Below are positions 44,101-53,420 of a stretch of 64,000 nt of DNA, piece by piece. The notes under the pieces are model-generated. The model made no database searches. It had not been told where the DNA came from and was given only the letters and a program-made list of their open reading frames with translations. The position numbers and the translations under genes were made by a program. Each line of letters begins with the position of its first letter. Position 1 is the first letter of the stretch. This DNA comes from a virus. The DNA lies in IMG/VR virus record IMGVR_UViG_3300036401_000331, positions 2,650-66,649 of that record; one strand, 5' to 3'.

Positions 44101-46139
44101 ATGTAGTCGCTGCTGCCGGAGAGGTTCTGGAACAGGTGCAGCGTGTTGCGGTGGATGCTGAGATTGCCGACCGCGCTGCCGCCGAGGTAGAGCGCGATCT
44201 GGTTAGAACCGTTGGTGAAGAAGGTGTAGCCGTTCGCCCCACCTTGGTTGGCCATGCCGCCGCCGGACTGCAGGGCGAAGTTGCTGCCGGCGACCTGTGC
44301 GACCGTGTTGATGTTGCCGGGCGCATCGACGGTGGCGTTGCCGTTGAGATAGAGCAGCCCGTTCGATCCGACTTCGAGTTGCTTGCCGGTGCCGACCCCG
44401 GTGAAGCCGAGGCCGACGCCACCCGAATCCCAGAACAGGTAGCCGTGCTCACTGGCATCGACGGTGCGCAGCAGCTTCGGCATCGCCGTCGACCAGTCGC
44501 CGCCCGCCGTCGGCCGGTCGTAGCGCACGGTCACGCGGTCGACGTTGGCGGTCGCCGTCTCAAGGTAGAGCAGTTCCTGCTTCGAGCCGGCCGCCACGCC
44601 CAGCGCCGGGGCGTTGACGATCAACTCGCCGGGGAACGTCACCGAGCCATTGCGGTGGAAGATGAACAGCGCCTGCTCGACGGTGAAGGCGTCGTTAACG
44701 GCGCGCAGGTAGACGTTGCCGTCGGTCCTGACCTGCATGTCCCAGAGCTTGAGATCGAGGCCGTTGCCGGTCGCCTGCCAGCCGACCGACGGGTTGACGC
44801 TGGCATAGGCGACATGGTTCGGGCTGAAGATCGCGCCGGGCGAAACGAAGCTGAGATCGCTGTTGAACGCCCAGTGGCCGAGATCGGTCCCGCTATCGTC
44901 GAGCCGGCGCAGGTACATGTTGCCGTCGTCCCAAGCGCGCATGTCCCAGCGCTTGAGGTTGACGGCGTTGTCGCTGTTGAACCACGCGAAGCCGGGATTG
45001 ACCGTGGCCTGCGCGGTGAAGACCGGCGCGGCAAACGATGTGCCGTAGACCGGGCCGGTGAAGGTGCCGCCACCGAGCGGCATGAAGTTGGCGTTCACCC
45101 AAGTGTGGGTCGCCGTGTAGGTCTCGTCGATGCCGATGACGATGTCGCCCTGCGTGCCGCCGCCGGTCAGGCCGTCGGTCACCGCGACGCCAAGAATTGG
45201 CCCATCGCCCGTCGCGGTGTTGAGGTAGCCGGTCAGCTTGACGCGGGTGCCCACGGGTGGCGGCCAGCCGGTGCCACCGCTGCTGGTGCTGGAGCCGATG
45301 TAGACTGCCCTGATGATGACCCACTGGGCATGCGCCGGGTCGGCCGGGTTGGGGTGCGGCACCGGATAGTCGATGATGTCGAAGCGGCTGTAGTCGGTGA
45401 CCGGCGTGAACTCGTTGGTGATGATGAAGCTGTCGCCGGGCTCGAACAGCAGCAGGTAGCGGCCGACGCCGTCGGCGTCGATGGTACTGATCGAGAAGGT
45501 GTACTGCGTCGAGTTGGGAACCGGCGGCGTGGTGTCCGGCTGGCCCATGAAGTTGCCGACACCGGGATTGGTCGTCGGCACGACGACGTTGCCCTCGTAC
45601 CTGTAGATCGCATCGCCCTGACCGCGCGTGGCGAACAGCGAGCGCACCCATGCCGTCGAGGCCGCCGCCGCGCTGTTGTCGGTGTAGTCGACAATCGGCA
45701 CATGGGCGTAGTTGCCGGCGATGTTCGGCACGTCGAAGTGCTTGACCGTGAGCGCGTCGCTGATGTCGACGCTGCCGGTGATGCTGCCGCCGGTCAGCGG
45801 CAGGAACTGGTTGGTCCGCGCCTTGACGTAGCCGACCGTCGCCAGCCGCGCGTCGAGCGAACTATCGGTCGGCGAGGGCGAGGCCTGCGGCGCACCCGTC
45901 AGCGACGCCGAATCGAGCGGCGCATACTCGCGATGGACCCAGAACGTGGTCGGGATCGAGGTGTCGTTGTCGCCGAACGGCGGTGTCGGCGCATGCGGGT
46001 CGCCCGTGAACTGCGGCGAGTCGAGGGGCGCGGCCATGCCGACCACGATCCACTGCTGGCCGTTCCACTTGTAGGTCACGCCGTTCGGCGCAGCGAAGGT
46101 CTGGCCGACAATCGGGGCAGAAGGGAAGTCGATCAGCAT
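41172..46139 (-). CDS. Long tail fibre protein with C-terminal tail-collar domain
   Basis: IDFPSAPIVGQ; APLDSPQFTGDP.APTP; collagen-like GPQGPPG; GYVMCDG...FNVPDLRGR...NYIIKT. Confidence 0.88.
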   Translation of the reverse strand: MLIDFPSAPIVGQTFAAPNGVTYKWNGQQWIVVGMAAPLDSPQFTGDPHAPTPPFGDNDTSIPTTFWVHREYAPLDSASLTGAPQASPSPTDSSLDARLATVGYVKARTNQFLPLTGGSITGSVDISDALTVKHFDVPNIAGNYAHVPIVDYTDNSAAAASTAWVRSLFATRGQGDAIYRYEGNVVVPTTNPGVGNFMGQPDTTPPVPNSTQYTFSISTIDADGVGRYLLLFEPGDSFIITNEFTPVTDYSRFDIIDYPVPHPNPADPAHAQWVIIRAVYIGSSTSSGGTGWPPPVGTRVKLTGYLNTATGDGPILGVAVTDGLTGGGTQGDIVIGIDETYTATHTWVNANFMPLGGGTFTGPVYGTSFAAPVFTAQATVNPGFAWFNSDNAVNLKRWDMRAWDDGNMYLRRLDDSGTDLGHWAFNSDLSFVSPGAIFSPNHVAYASVNPSVGWQATGNGLDLKLWDMQVRTDGNVYLRAVNDAFTVEQALFIFHRNGSVTFPGELIVNAPALGVAAGSKQELLYLETATANVDRVTVRYDRPTAGGDWSTAMPKLLRTVDASEHGYLFWDSGGVGLGFTGVGTGKQLEVGSNGLLYLNGNATVDAPGNINTVAQVAGSNFALQSGGGMANQGGANGYTFFTNGSNQIALYLGGSAVGNLSIHRNTLHLFQNLSGSSDYMRIGLNSGHVEMSVGASPMTAGNVFGEQWSYFTSNIGLNNPRTDWSSGMAVGWNYSNGAGEVNLVERYGAGFHFQHWPGGTGPMVDAGITAGTGYFSSNLQVIGTFAVTGTAQFYGQVNLSSNLGVTGFIASYGYGTGSPSTGGLVRAQTLSDTAYGPAIMSLWRSGQTTNPGPPADSALGQLRFEGIDLNNAYAYWGGWNADMVGPNLAGGGKSDLTAFVNYGGASVEMLRLSGAQQMLLTSYPIHIARNTASNTADLLQEWKWSPDPTNWGLHLNQRHTGTSLVYDFLSNNGTGTYVKAITFAPAGVTGFEGGKVYMGNATGSQSAKLQVWDSGGVLVAAVADDSHNGLGVGLPDTNIGTATQASGRLYMTGANAAHAACLELNSGSVVGSVITMRDPGGVTSVNITSNGDSLINGGIYPRADLTSNIGTTSVRYANGYFGGVTIYGGGQWQPGAIYADATWGMLFRAQAPNPTAAQFAWFNNGGVELFRYTTADTLLLRASPPSTSNDNTVATTSWVKSVAPSVATPTYDESSTLIADTGTFPGANANNVMTITMGQQVFSRSFTAVDASHPIEVDIILNLGAGGSAMTLAGALFIDGATNAVAQEVAVFNTAWYGPPTRIRWRGTLAAGAHTFAVRFAGNAANGYLNSTAGNPVGGGAMKSSMSITEVGVGIVGPQGPPGPTGGPVAAPTYDTVSTVVTDTTLFAGAAGDATMQITNGTQLFSRSFTAVDASHPIQVDAEIQVGGSNSWNAVGLFIDGVAAAVAQTSIFIPVNGALSPGRIYWQGVLAAGAHTFTLRFGGTTTSYALSNGSNRFGGGAQREVMTIQEIGVGPTGPQGPPGTPGGVLFPGQITPYAGSTAPSGYVMCDGASYSTSGAMSALFAVIAYTYGGSGSNFNVPDLRGRVIAMVDVGGLRLSGAAALNAAVGVQGATTGTVPGAGIYGIVGGGPAVGDHSHSNSTVQPTLVLNYIIKT

Positions 46140-46147
46140 GGCTTCAC

Positions 46148-46813
46148 CTACGAGACGTAGAACGTGATGCGGCCCCGGCCGATGGCTCCGGCCGGATTGG
46201 TGCCCGCCGTCGCCGACGAGCCGCCACCGCCGCCGGGGATCGTGCCGGCCGTGAGCGACGCGCCGCCGGTTCCCCCGCCGAGGGGAGTCGCGGGGCTGAG
46301 CCCGGTGGTATCGGTGCCGGCGGTCTGGCCGCTGGCGGCGGTCGAGACGCCGGCCCCGCCGCCCCCCACCGAGTTGTTGCCAGTGGCTCCGTTGCCGCCG
46401 TTACGGATGGTTCCGACGCCTCCGGCGGTCGAGCCGACGCCCGCAACGGCCGAGGCGGCATTGGTGCCCGCCTTGGCTCGACACCCCGTAGTGGCCACCG
46501 TAGGGGCGGCGTTGGTCTGGTAGTTCACCCAGCTATCGGTGGCGGCCGCGCCGACCGAGTAGAACACGCTCTGGCCCGGCACGACGGCGATTTTCAGGTT
46601 CGAGGTCGCTCCCTGCCCGCCGCCACCTCCGGCCTTGTTGGCGTTGCTGGTCGCGCCAAAACCGTTGCCGCCGCCCGCGATGCAGTCCCCGGTGTAGAAA
46701 TTGTAGCCGGCCGGGACCACGATGCTGCCTGCCGTCGCCGTGGTGATGACGGTGACCTGCGGCGGCAGGACTGCCGCAGCAGCAGCCAGCAGCATCGCCG
46801 CGTTCGCGCTCAC
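46148..46813 (-). CDS. Glycine-rich tail-associated protein
   Basis: VVPAG...CIAGGGNG...GGGGG...PGGGGG pattern; GTGA coupling. Confidence 0.7.
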   Translation of the reverse strand: MSANAAMLLAAAAAVLPPQVTVITTATAGSIVVPAGYNFYTGDCIAGGGNGFGATSNANKAGGGGGQGATSNLKIAVVPGQSVFYSVGAAATDSWVNYQTNAAPTVATTGCRAKAGTNAASAVAGVGSTAGGVGTIRNGGNGATGNNSVGGGGAGVSTAASGQTAGTDTTGLSPATPLGGGTGGASLTAGTIPGGGGGSSATAGTNPAGAIGRGRITFYVS

Positions 46814-49800
46814 GTCAGGCCCGTGCCCGAGATCAGCCAGCGCGTGGCCGTCGCCTTGTAGGCCGTCGCCATGCCGCCCTGCGCCAGCGTGCGCGTGCCG
46901 GTGGTCGAGCCGGGCGACCACACCAGCGTGTCGCTCGTCGTGATGGTGATCGCCGTCGCGCTGTCGTTGACGAAGGTGATGGTGGTGCCCAGCAGGTAAG
47001 GCACGGCGGCGTTGGTGGCGATGGTGTAGATCGCAGCGCCCGCGCCGACGGCATGATAGACGCTGCCGCCGGCATCGCCCTGCACGGTGGTGTAGTTGCC
47101 GGCCTGAATCGTCTGGGCGACCGTGCCGATCTCGATCTGGACATAGGCCGTCGTGGCGATGGACGTGTCGTTGTCGCCAGTGGCCGGCGTCGGGGCCGTC
47201 GGATTTCCGGTCAGAGCGGGCGAGGCCAGCGGCGCATAGGTCGAGGTCGCGCTGGCCTGTGTCAGGTAGGTCGAGGAGGCGTTCGCCTGCGTCAGGTAAG
47301 TCGACGCCGCATTGGCCTGCGTCAGATAGGTCGAGGAGGCCGACGCCGTGGTCAGGTAGGAACCGAGCGCGGTGACGACAAAAGCTGTCGTCGCGACGGA
47401 GGTATCGTTGTCGCCGGCTGTCGGGGTCGGCGCAGTGGGGTTGCCAGTCAGAGCCGGACTGGCCAGAGGCGCATAGGTGGCGGCCGCCGTGGCTGGCGTC
47501 AGGTAGGCGCTCGACGCGGTGAACGCCGCCGAGCCCAGCGTGCCGCCCGTGCCGATGTTGAGCGTCGAGCCGTCGGTGCCGGCGAGCGTGAGGGACGCGG
47601 CAATGCTGAGAATCTTGCCGGCGGTCCGGCTGATCCACGCCAAGGTCGGGCTGGGGTAGGTTCCGGCGAGGTCGCCGCCGGCAGCGCCAGAAGGTGGCAA
47701 ACTGGTCGGCATCCCGGCAATCGTCTGGTAGCCGGGGATACTTCCTGCCGTGAACGTGCCCAAGATCGCCAGCGATCCATCGGTGCCGAACGTGTGAGTC
47801 TGCGAGCCGCCGAGATAATAGGTGAGGCTGACGCCAGCCGCCGTATAGATCGCCTGATTGGCAGACCATGCAATGCCGAAAATCCCCGACACGTTGCCGA
47901 TATACATCGGCACCACGCCCGCGTTGCCGAACGCCAGAAGTGCGCCGTCACCGGGAGCAGTGCCGCCGCCGTTGATGAAGATGCCCGGTCGTCCAGTTGC
48001 CGCGCCAAAATAATGAGCCAGTCCAGAGGCGGTGATATTGCCGACGAAGGCCGGATTGCTGGCAAAGCCGGGATCGGGATAGCTGCCGCTCAGCACGCCA
48101 CCGGCTGGCCCGCTCGGCGAACCACCACCGCCGCCGCCCGAGATGTTGGTGCGGCACCACGCGGTGGTGGCGATCTCGGTCGAGTTCGAGGAATTGGCCG
48201 GCGGGTTGGTCAGGAAGGCATGCCCGCTGGGATCGACATGCAGGCCGTTGCTGTGGCCGAAGTAGCTGTTGCCGTCGGCCTCGGCGTGCCATGCGTTCCA
48301 CACCGTGCCCGCGCCGAGCATCTTGAGATAGACGTTCATCGGCACGATGCCGGCCGACACCGCGCCGGTCACGTCCCAGCCGATGAACGGCCCATACTGG
48401 AAGCCGGTGCCGTCGTGGCCGAGCGCCTGCAGCCAAGCGACGCTGTCGCCGGTCGCCAGCGCCGTCGGTGCATTGGGCGCACCACGCGCGGCGTAGATAT
48501 TGACGCCGGCCCCGTAGGTGTAGTTCGAGGTGTCGCTGTAGGCGTAGATGTCGACCGTGGTGTGGTAGCCGCCATCGACGCCCTCGTACCACGAGTTGAA
48601 GCCGCCGAACGGGATGCCGCCGACGAAGGTGCCGAGCGTGCGGCCGAAGGTATTGACGTCGGCCGGGGCCAGCACCAGCGGATCGACGCCGGCAAACTGG
48701 CCGAGTTGGCTGATGTTGAAGCCATTGTAGTTGCCGAAGGTCGAGGAGCCGTCGGCGTGCAGCGTCCAGCCGCTGCGGCCACTCCATGCCGAGGAGCCCA
48801 GCATGGCGAGGTAGACGGTGGTCGGCATGGCACCGCCGATGCCGGGCGTGCCCTCGACGTCGAACGCCAGCACCGGCCCGGTGCGCCACACCGAGCCGTC
48901 CCAGCCGAACACTTCGAGATAGAACAGTTCGTCGCCGTTGCCGACCGTCGTCATCGCGCCCGGCGATCCGCGCGCCACGGCACTGGTGATGCCGAAGCCA
49001 TAGCCTTGGCCGGCATTGGTGCCACTGCCGATGTAGGCGGACGCATCGAGTTCGGTGCCGTAGGTGCCGGCGGCTCCGAAGGCGAAGGCATAGAGGTCGA
49101 TCAGCCCGCCGGTCGCGGTGTTGACATGATAGCCGTACAGCACGCTCTCGATGGGCATGGTCGGCGCGAGCACGGTGGCCGAGTTCTGGAAGACCGGCGC
49201 GGGCGCGAAGCCGGGCGACGGATAGGTGCCGGAGAGCACGCCGCCGGCCGGACCCGAGGGCGGCCCGCTGGTGACGGTCGGCGTTCCGGCCGAGCCGCCG
49301 GCCGAGGTCGGCACCCACTGCGAGGACGTGCCGTCGTTGTAGTAGACGTAGAGGATGCCGCCGCCCTCGCCGGCCTCCGGGTAGAACCACAGCTTGCCAG
49401 AAGTTGGCGAAGCCGGCGGCGCTTCGCCGACGAAGGTGGCGCTGGCGAGGATTTCGCCGTGGACGAACGACGTGGTGGCGATCTTGTTGCTGTTGTCGGC
49501 GGCCGGCGGCGCGTTCAGCAGCCACGCCACGGCGAGAGGATCGGTGTGGATCGTGCCGCTGATGCCGAAGTAGCAGTCGCCGTTGGGGTGCGCGTCCCAA
49601 GCGTTCCACAAGCCGCCGCCGACCGGCGAACCCGCCATTTGCAGATAGACCCGCATCGGCTGGCCGAAGCCGGTGGAGACTCCTCCTTCAATGTCCCATT
49701 CGATGAACGGGCCATAACCGCCGCCGCTCGCGATATTGGCGATGGCTTCGATGTAAAAAACCGGATCGCCGTCTTGGACCGGCAGCGGCACCGCTGCCGT

Positions 49801-50787
49801 GCCGCGCGAACGATAGCCTTGGAGCGAAGGGCTGTTCGCCGGGACGTTGTCGTAGCCTTCGACGCCCACGAGGGCGTTTTCGGCACCTTGGTTATAGTAG
49901 ATCGCGAAATATGCCAGCGGGATGCCCGGCCCACGGGAGAGACCCATCCAAGCGTCACCTGTCAATGGCGCTTCGTGCTGAACGTGCGCGCCGGTCGGGT
50001 CGATGTGCAGCGCGCCGCCGACGCCGAAGTAGGCGTTGCCGTCAGGATGGAAGTCGAAGGCCGTCCAGTCGGGGACGGAGCCATTGATCATTGATAGATA
50101 CGCCCGCGTCGGCATGACGCCGTTGGTGCCGGGCGTGCCCATGATCTCGAACTGCAAGTTTGCGCCCGGCTGGAAGCTCGTCGGACCCCCGCCGTCATTG
50201 CCGAGCGGGGTGAACCACAGCAGTGCATCACCGTTGCCGACCTTGGTCGGAACGGCTGCGCTGCCGCGCGATGTCGCGGCCCAGATGCCGAAGCCGTACA
50301 TGTTGGCGTCGGCAGTGCCGGTGCCGATAAACGTATTGGTGTCCAATTCGATGGAGTGCGCGTCGACCGCACCCGTTGCCCCAGATTTGAAGCCGTAGAC
50401 CTCCCACAGCGGCAGCCCATTGGCAGCCGTGCTGTCGAAAATGTGAAAACCATTCGCGTCGGACCAAGGGGCAGCCGGTGGCGGCGCGAGCGCCGTGACC
50501 GCACCATCGAAGTTGGGGTTGGGCGCGAACACCGGGTTGGGGTAGGAACCGGCGAGCACGCCGCCGGCCGGGCCGATGGGCGCGGTGCCGCCCGCGCCGA
50601 CCAGCACGCCGTCGAGGTAGAGGCCGGCCGCGTTGAGCGAGCCCTTGCCCTTCGAGCCGCCGACGACATTCGAGGGCAGCACCGAGCCACCCTCGTCGTA
50701 GTACAGCGTCGCACCGACCTGCCGCCACGGCGTCGGCTGCGGCCCCGGACCTGCCGGGCCGATGAAGCTCATGTTCGTGTCGGGCAT
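46810..50787 (-). CDS. Tail fibre / adhesin with internal repeats
   Basis: GPAGGVLxGxYPxP x4, four RG...GD...YLxM modules, APLASPALTGNPTAPTP x2. Confidence 0.85.
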   Translation of the reverse strand: MPDTNMSFIGPAGPGPQPTPWRQVGATLYYDEGGSVLPSNVVGGSKGKGSLNAAGLYLDGVLVGAGGTAPIGPAGGVLAGSYPNPVFAPNPNFDGAVTALAPPPAAPWSDANGFHIFDSTAANGLPLWEVYGFKSGATGAVDAHSIELDTNTFIGTGTADANMYGFGIWAATSRGSAAVPTKVGNGDALLWFTPLGNDGGGPTSFQPGANLQFEIMGTPGTNGVMPTRAYLSMINGSVPDWTAFDFHPDGNAYFGVGGALHIDPTGAHVQHEAPLTGDAWMGLSRGPGIPLAYFAIYYNQGAENALVGVEGYDNVPANSPSLQGYRSRGTAAVPLPVQDGDPVFYIEAIANIASGGGYGPFIEWDIEGGVSTGFGQPMRVYLQMAGSPVGGGLWNAWDAHPNGDCYFGISGTIHTDPLAVAWLLNAPPAADNSNKIATTSFVHGEILASATFVGEAPPASPTSGKLWFYPEAGEGGGILYVYYNDGTSSQWVPTSAGGSAGTPTVTSGPPSGPAGGVLSGTYPSPGFAPAPVFQNSATVLAPTMPIESVLYGYHVNTATGGLIDLYAFAFGAAGTYGTELDASAYIGSGTNAGQGYGFGITSAVARGSPGAMTTVGNGDELFYLEVFGWDGSVWRTGPVLAFDVEGTPGIGGAMPTTVYLAMLGSSAWSGRSGWTLHADGSSTFGNYNGFNISQLGQFAGVDPLVLAPADVNTFGRTLGTFVGGIPFGGFNSWYEGVDGGYHTTVDIYAYSDTSNYTYGAGVNIYAARGAPNAPTALATGDSVAWLQALGHDGTGFQYGPFIGWDVTGAVSAGIVPMNVYLKMLGAGTVWNAWHAEADGNSYFGHSNGLHVDPSGHAFLTNPPANSSNSTEIATTAWCRTNISGGGGGGSPSGPAGGVLSGSYPDPGFASNPAFVGNITASGLAHYFGAATGRPGIFINGGGTAPGDGALLAFGNAGVVPMYIGNVSGIFGIAWSANQAIYTAAGVSLTYYLGGSQTHTFGTDGSLAILGTFTAGSIPGYQTIAGMPTSLPPSGAAGGDLAGTYPSPTLAWISRTAGKILSIAASLTLAGTDGSTLNIGTGGTLGSAAFTASSAYLTPATAAATYAPLASPALTGNPTAPTPTAGDNDTSVATTAFVVTALGSYLTTASASSTYLTQANAASTYLTQANASSTYLTQASATSTYAPLASPALTGNPTAPTPATGDNDTSIATTAYVQIEIGTVAQTIQAGNYTTVQGDAGGSVYHAVGAGAAIYTIATNAAVPYLLGTTITFVNDSATAITITTSDTLVWSPGSTTGTRTLAQGGMATAYKATATRWLISGTGLT
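47240..47359 (-). repeat. 30-nt tandem repeat encoding YLT(Q/T)A(N/S)A(S/A/T)ST x4
   Basis: Visible in both DNA and protein. Confidence 0.8.
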
Positions 50788-50794
50788 CGCAACC

Positions 50795-51100
50795 TCACCA
50801 GTAGATCACGCTGAACTTGTGGCCGGCGGTCGCCGCATTGACAGAGGTTGGCGTCGTCTGGCCGGGGATCACGGTCCACGACTGGCCGGGCGACAGTGCG
50901 AAGGTCGTGCCGTTGCCGGCCAGCCCCGCCGGGCCGACCGGATTGACGTAGAGCGTCTCGGCGAGGCCGGCGATGCCCTGATCGGTGTTGGTCACCGGGT
51001 TGGTGATGATGCCGCCGTTGGCGTTGGCCGGCACGGCGATGACCGGGGTGTTGGCGCTCGTGACGACCGACGTCAAGCCGGCCTGCGGGGTGACAGCCAT
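50795..51100 (-). CDS. Small beta-rich structural protein
   Basis: Paralogous to the N-terminal domain of 52311-53420. Confidence 0.75.
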   Translation of the reverse strand: MAVTPQAGLTSVVTSANTPVIAVPANANGGIITNPVTNTDQGIAGLAETLYVNPVGPAGLAGNGTTFALSPGQSWTVIPGQTTPTSVNAATAGHKFSVIYW

Positions 51101-51110
51101 GGGCGACCTC

Positions 51111-52298
51111 TCAGGTCTTGATGATGTAGTTGATCAGCGCGGTCGGCTGGGTGTTGTTGTGCGCCAGCCCGCCGCCGGTCGATTCGGTGCTCGTGAGGCC
51201 ACCGCCGGCCGAGCCCGAGGGGGCAAAGCCGCCGCCGAAGCCCGATGACTGGACGACGCCGTTGGTGAGCCCGTGGGCGTGGGCCGGGATTTCGCTGTTG
51301 TCGGCCGCCAGCAGGTGGTTCTGCTCGCCGCCCGTCGCGCCGAGGACGGCCGCGCCCGTGATGCCACCGGGACGGCTGCCGCCCAGCCGGTTGGCCGCCG
51401 TGCCGCCCATGTTGTCAGGACCGGCGACCACCCGGCCGCGCAGGTCGGGCAGGTTGAAGGTCGAGATGCCGTCGCCCTGTCCCCATGGCGAGGAGGCCCC
51501 GCCCAGTGCGGCATAGAGCGCGCTGAAGGTGGCGCGCGATACCGCCTGCCCGTAGCACATCAGCCAGCCGGAGGGCGCTACAGCGCCTGCGAAGGCCACC
51601 ACGGTGGAGGTCCACACGGCATTGGCCAGCGAGATAACCTGTGCCGGCGTGACGGCGCTCTCGGTGTCGGTGCCGGTGGCGAAGACGGCATCGGTGGCCG
51701 GCGCGGTGTAGCTCAGCCGCCACTGGCTGCCGCTCCATTTCAGTTCGGGGATGTCGCCTGCCACCAGTTCGTTGCCGATCAGGGCTGAGCCGTCGCGGCG
51801 GCGGATCGGGGCCGGGCCGGTGCCGGGGTCGAGGGTGCTCGGGCCGGTATTGGTGTTGCCGATCAGGAGCCGGATCGACATGCCGGGCACGTTGGCGGTG
51901 AGCGGCGGATCGAGCGTGCAGGCGTAGGCGTTGGGGATGCCGGTGTCGACGCCGTAGGTCGACTTGCCGCTCTGCTCGTCGCCGACCTGCAGCATCGCTT
52001 GGCACTGGCCGGCGGTCCACAGTTCGGCGAACGGATCGCCCGCCGTCCACGGCTTGGGCGTGGTGTTCTCCTGCCCGCGCACCATGGTGATGGTGTCGCC
52101 GACGACCTGCGTGACGTGGACAATTTCTGTCAGCACGCCGGTCGCGGCATCGACGAAGGTGCCGACCCAATACTGCCCGGCGGCGGGCACCGCAAAGTTG
52201 ACGCCGCTGCCGGCCTGCAGTTGGGCGGTGGTGGCGATGGCGCTGATCGAGGCCGACAGGGAAGACTGCGCGTTGTTCTTGAAGATGAGTTGGGCCAT
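51111..52298 (-). CDS. Baseplate-anchored tail fibre with tail-collar domain
   Basis: FKNNAQSSL...EIVHVT...RGQE; GWLMCYGQAVSR...FNLPDLRGR. Confidence 0.85.
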   Translation of the reverse strand: MAQLIFKNNAQSSLSASISAIATTAQLQAGSGVNFAVPAAGQYWVGTFVDAATGVLTEIVHVTQVVGDTITMVRGQENTTPKPWTAGDPFAELWTAGQCQAMLQVGDEQSGKSTYGVDTGIPNAYACTLDPPLTANVPGMSIRLLIGNTNTGPSTLDPGTGPAPIRRRDGSALIGNELVAGDIPELKWSGSQWRLSYTAPATDAVFATGTDTESAVTPAQVISLANAVWTSTVVAFAGAVAPSGWLMCYGQAVSRATFSALYAALGGASSPWGQGDGISTFNLPDLRGRVVAGPDNMGGTAANRLGGSRPGGITGAAVLGATGGEQNHLLAADNSEIPAHAHGLTNGVVQSSGFGGGFAPSGSAGGGLTSTESTGGGLAHNNTQPTALINYIIKT

Positions 52299-52310
52299 TG
52301 GGCTGCCCCC

Positions 52311-53420
52311 TTAGAGGTTGACGGTGAACTCGAACTGGAACGGCAGTTCGAGTGCTCCGCTTTCGACGGCCGCCTTGAAGATCGGAGCCAGCGGTACGGC
52401 GGGGAAGGTGACGGAGGTGGTGTCGAACTCGTTCAGCGTTCTGGTGTTGAGCATGAAGGTGTTGAGCAGCGCGCCACCGATGAAGCGGCGACGGATGGTC
52501 TGGAAGTTGATGTTGACGATGTTGCCGACGCCGAAGGTGACCGAGACCTCGTAGGTCTGGTCGGGCGCGAGCCACGGGTCCACGGCGTGGGTCTCGCCGC
52601 CGGTTCCGTCGGTGCCGGTCAGGAAGCGCTCGATGCGCCGCTTCAGCCAGCGGATATTGAAGACGTCGCCGTCGGCCTTGTAGAGGTGCCACGTCAGCAC
52701 GCGCTTGAAGATGTCATCGTCGGTCAGGAAGAACTCGGCCGGCGGCAGGATCGCGAAGCGGTTCAAAATCCAAGTGTTCATCGCATAGGTGTTGAGCGGG
52801 CCGATGGTGCTGCCATGGCCGACCGGCAGCCACGGCCGCGCCATGCCGTAGAGCCCGAGCGCCACCCAGTCGAGCAGCGCGCCTTGGATGTGGGCCTGCG
52901 TGTAGTCGGCCGGATTGAGATGCGCGAACCACTCGTAGTATTGGGTCTGCATCTCGTTGAAGGCGCTGACGAAGGCCTGCAGATCGTCGTCATCGCTGTA
53001 CTGCTGGTAGAGGTACGATTTCAGCGGGCCAGTAGCGACACCCGAGACCAGCGGCGGAAAGGGCTGGTCGGTCTCGCCGATGCCGGGCTGCTCGGGCGTC
53101 ACCGAATCGGAGGGCGGCTGCAGGATGACGCCGGAGAAGCTGTGGCCGCTGGTGACGGCGTTGACGCTCACCATGCCGGTGAAGCCGTTGGGGATGGTGT
53201 AGCTCTGGCCGGGCTGGATCGGGATCGTCGTCGCCGTCTCGCTGGTGGCGGCTGGCCCGACGATGTCGACGTACAGCATCTCGACGGTGCCGATCTGCTG
53301 GTCGCGCGCCGTCGCCGGATTCCAGATCGTGCCGCCGAGGCAGGGACCGTAGGCGGCGATCACCGCCTTGCTGCCTTGGGCGATGCGCGAGACGGCCAGC
53401 GGCCATAGCTGGATCGCCAT
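52311..53420 (-). CDS. Baseplate wedge protein with an extra N-terminal domain
   Basis: SYLYQQYSDDDDLQAFV, LLDWVALGLYG, DDIFKRVLTW. Confidence 0.8.
   Translation of the reverse strand: MAIQLWPLAVSRIAQGSKAVIAAYGPCLGGTIWNPATARDQQIGTVEMLYVDIVGPAATSETATTIPIQPGQSYTIPNGFTGMVSVNAVTSGHSFSGVILQPPSDSVTPEQPGIGETDQPFPPLVSGVATGPLKSYLYQQYSDDDDLQAFVSAFNEMQTQYYEWFAHLNPADYTQAHIQGALLDWVALGLYGMARPWLPVGHGSTIGPLNTYAMNTWILNRFAILPPAEFFLTDDDIFKRVLTWHLYKADGDVFNIRWLKRRIERFLTGTDGTGGETHAVDPWLAPDQTYEVSVTFGVGNIVNINFQTIRRRFIGGALLNTFMLNTRTLNEFDTTSVTFPAVPLAPIFKAAVESGALELPFQFEFTVNL

Noticed and set aside
42666-50094. 1164-aa and 1013-aa plus-strand ORFs
   Set aside because: Antisense shadows of the tail fibre genes, with no recognisable motifs
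41172-52298. Diversity-generating retroelement or invertible fibre system suggested by the repeats
   Set aside because: No reverse transcriptase or invertase, and no adenine-specific TR/VR pair seen in the window
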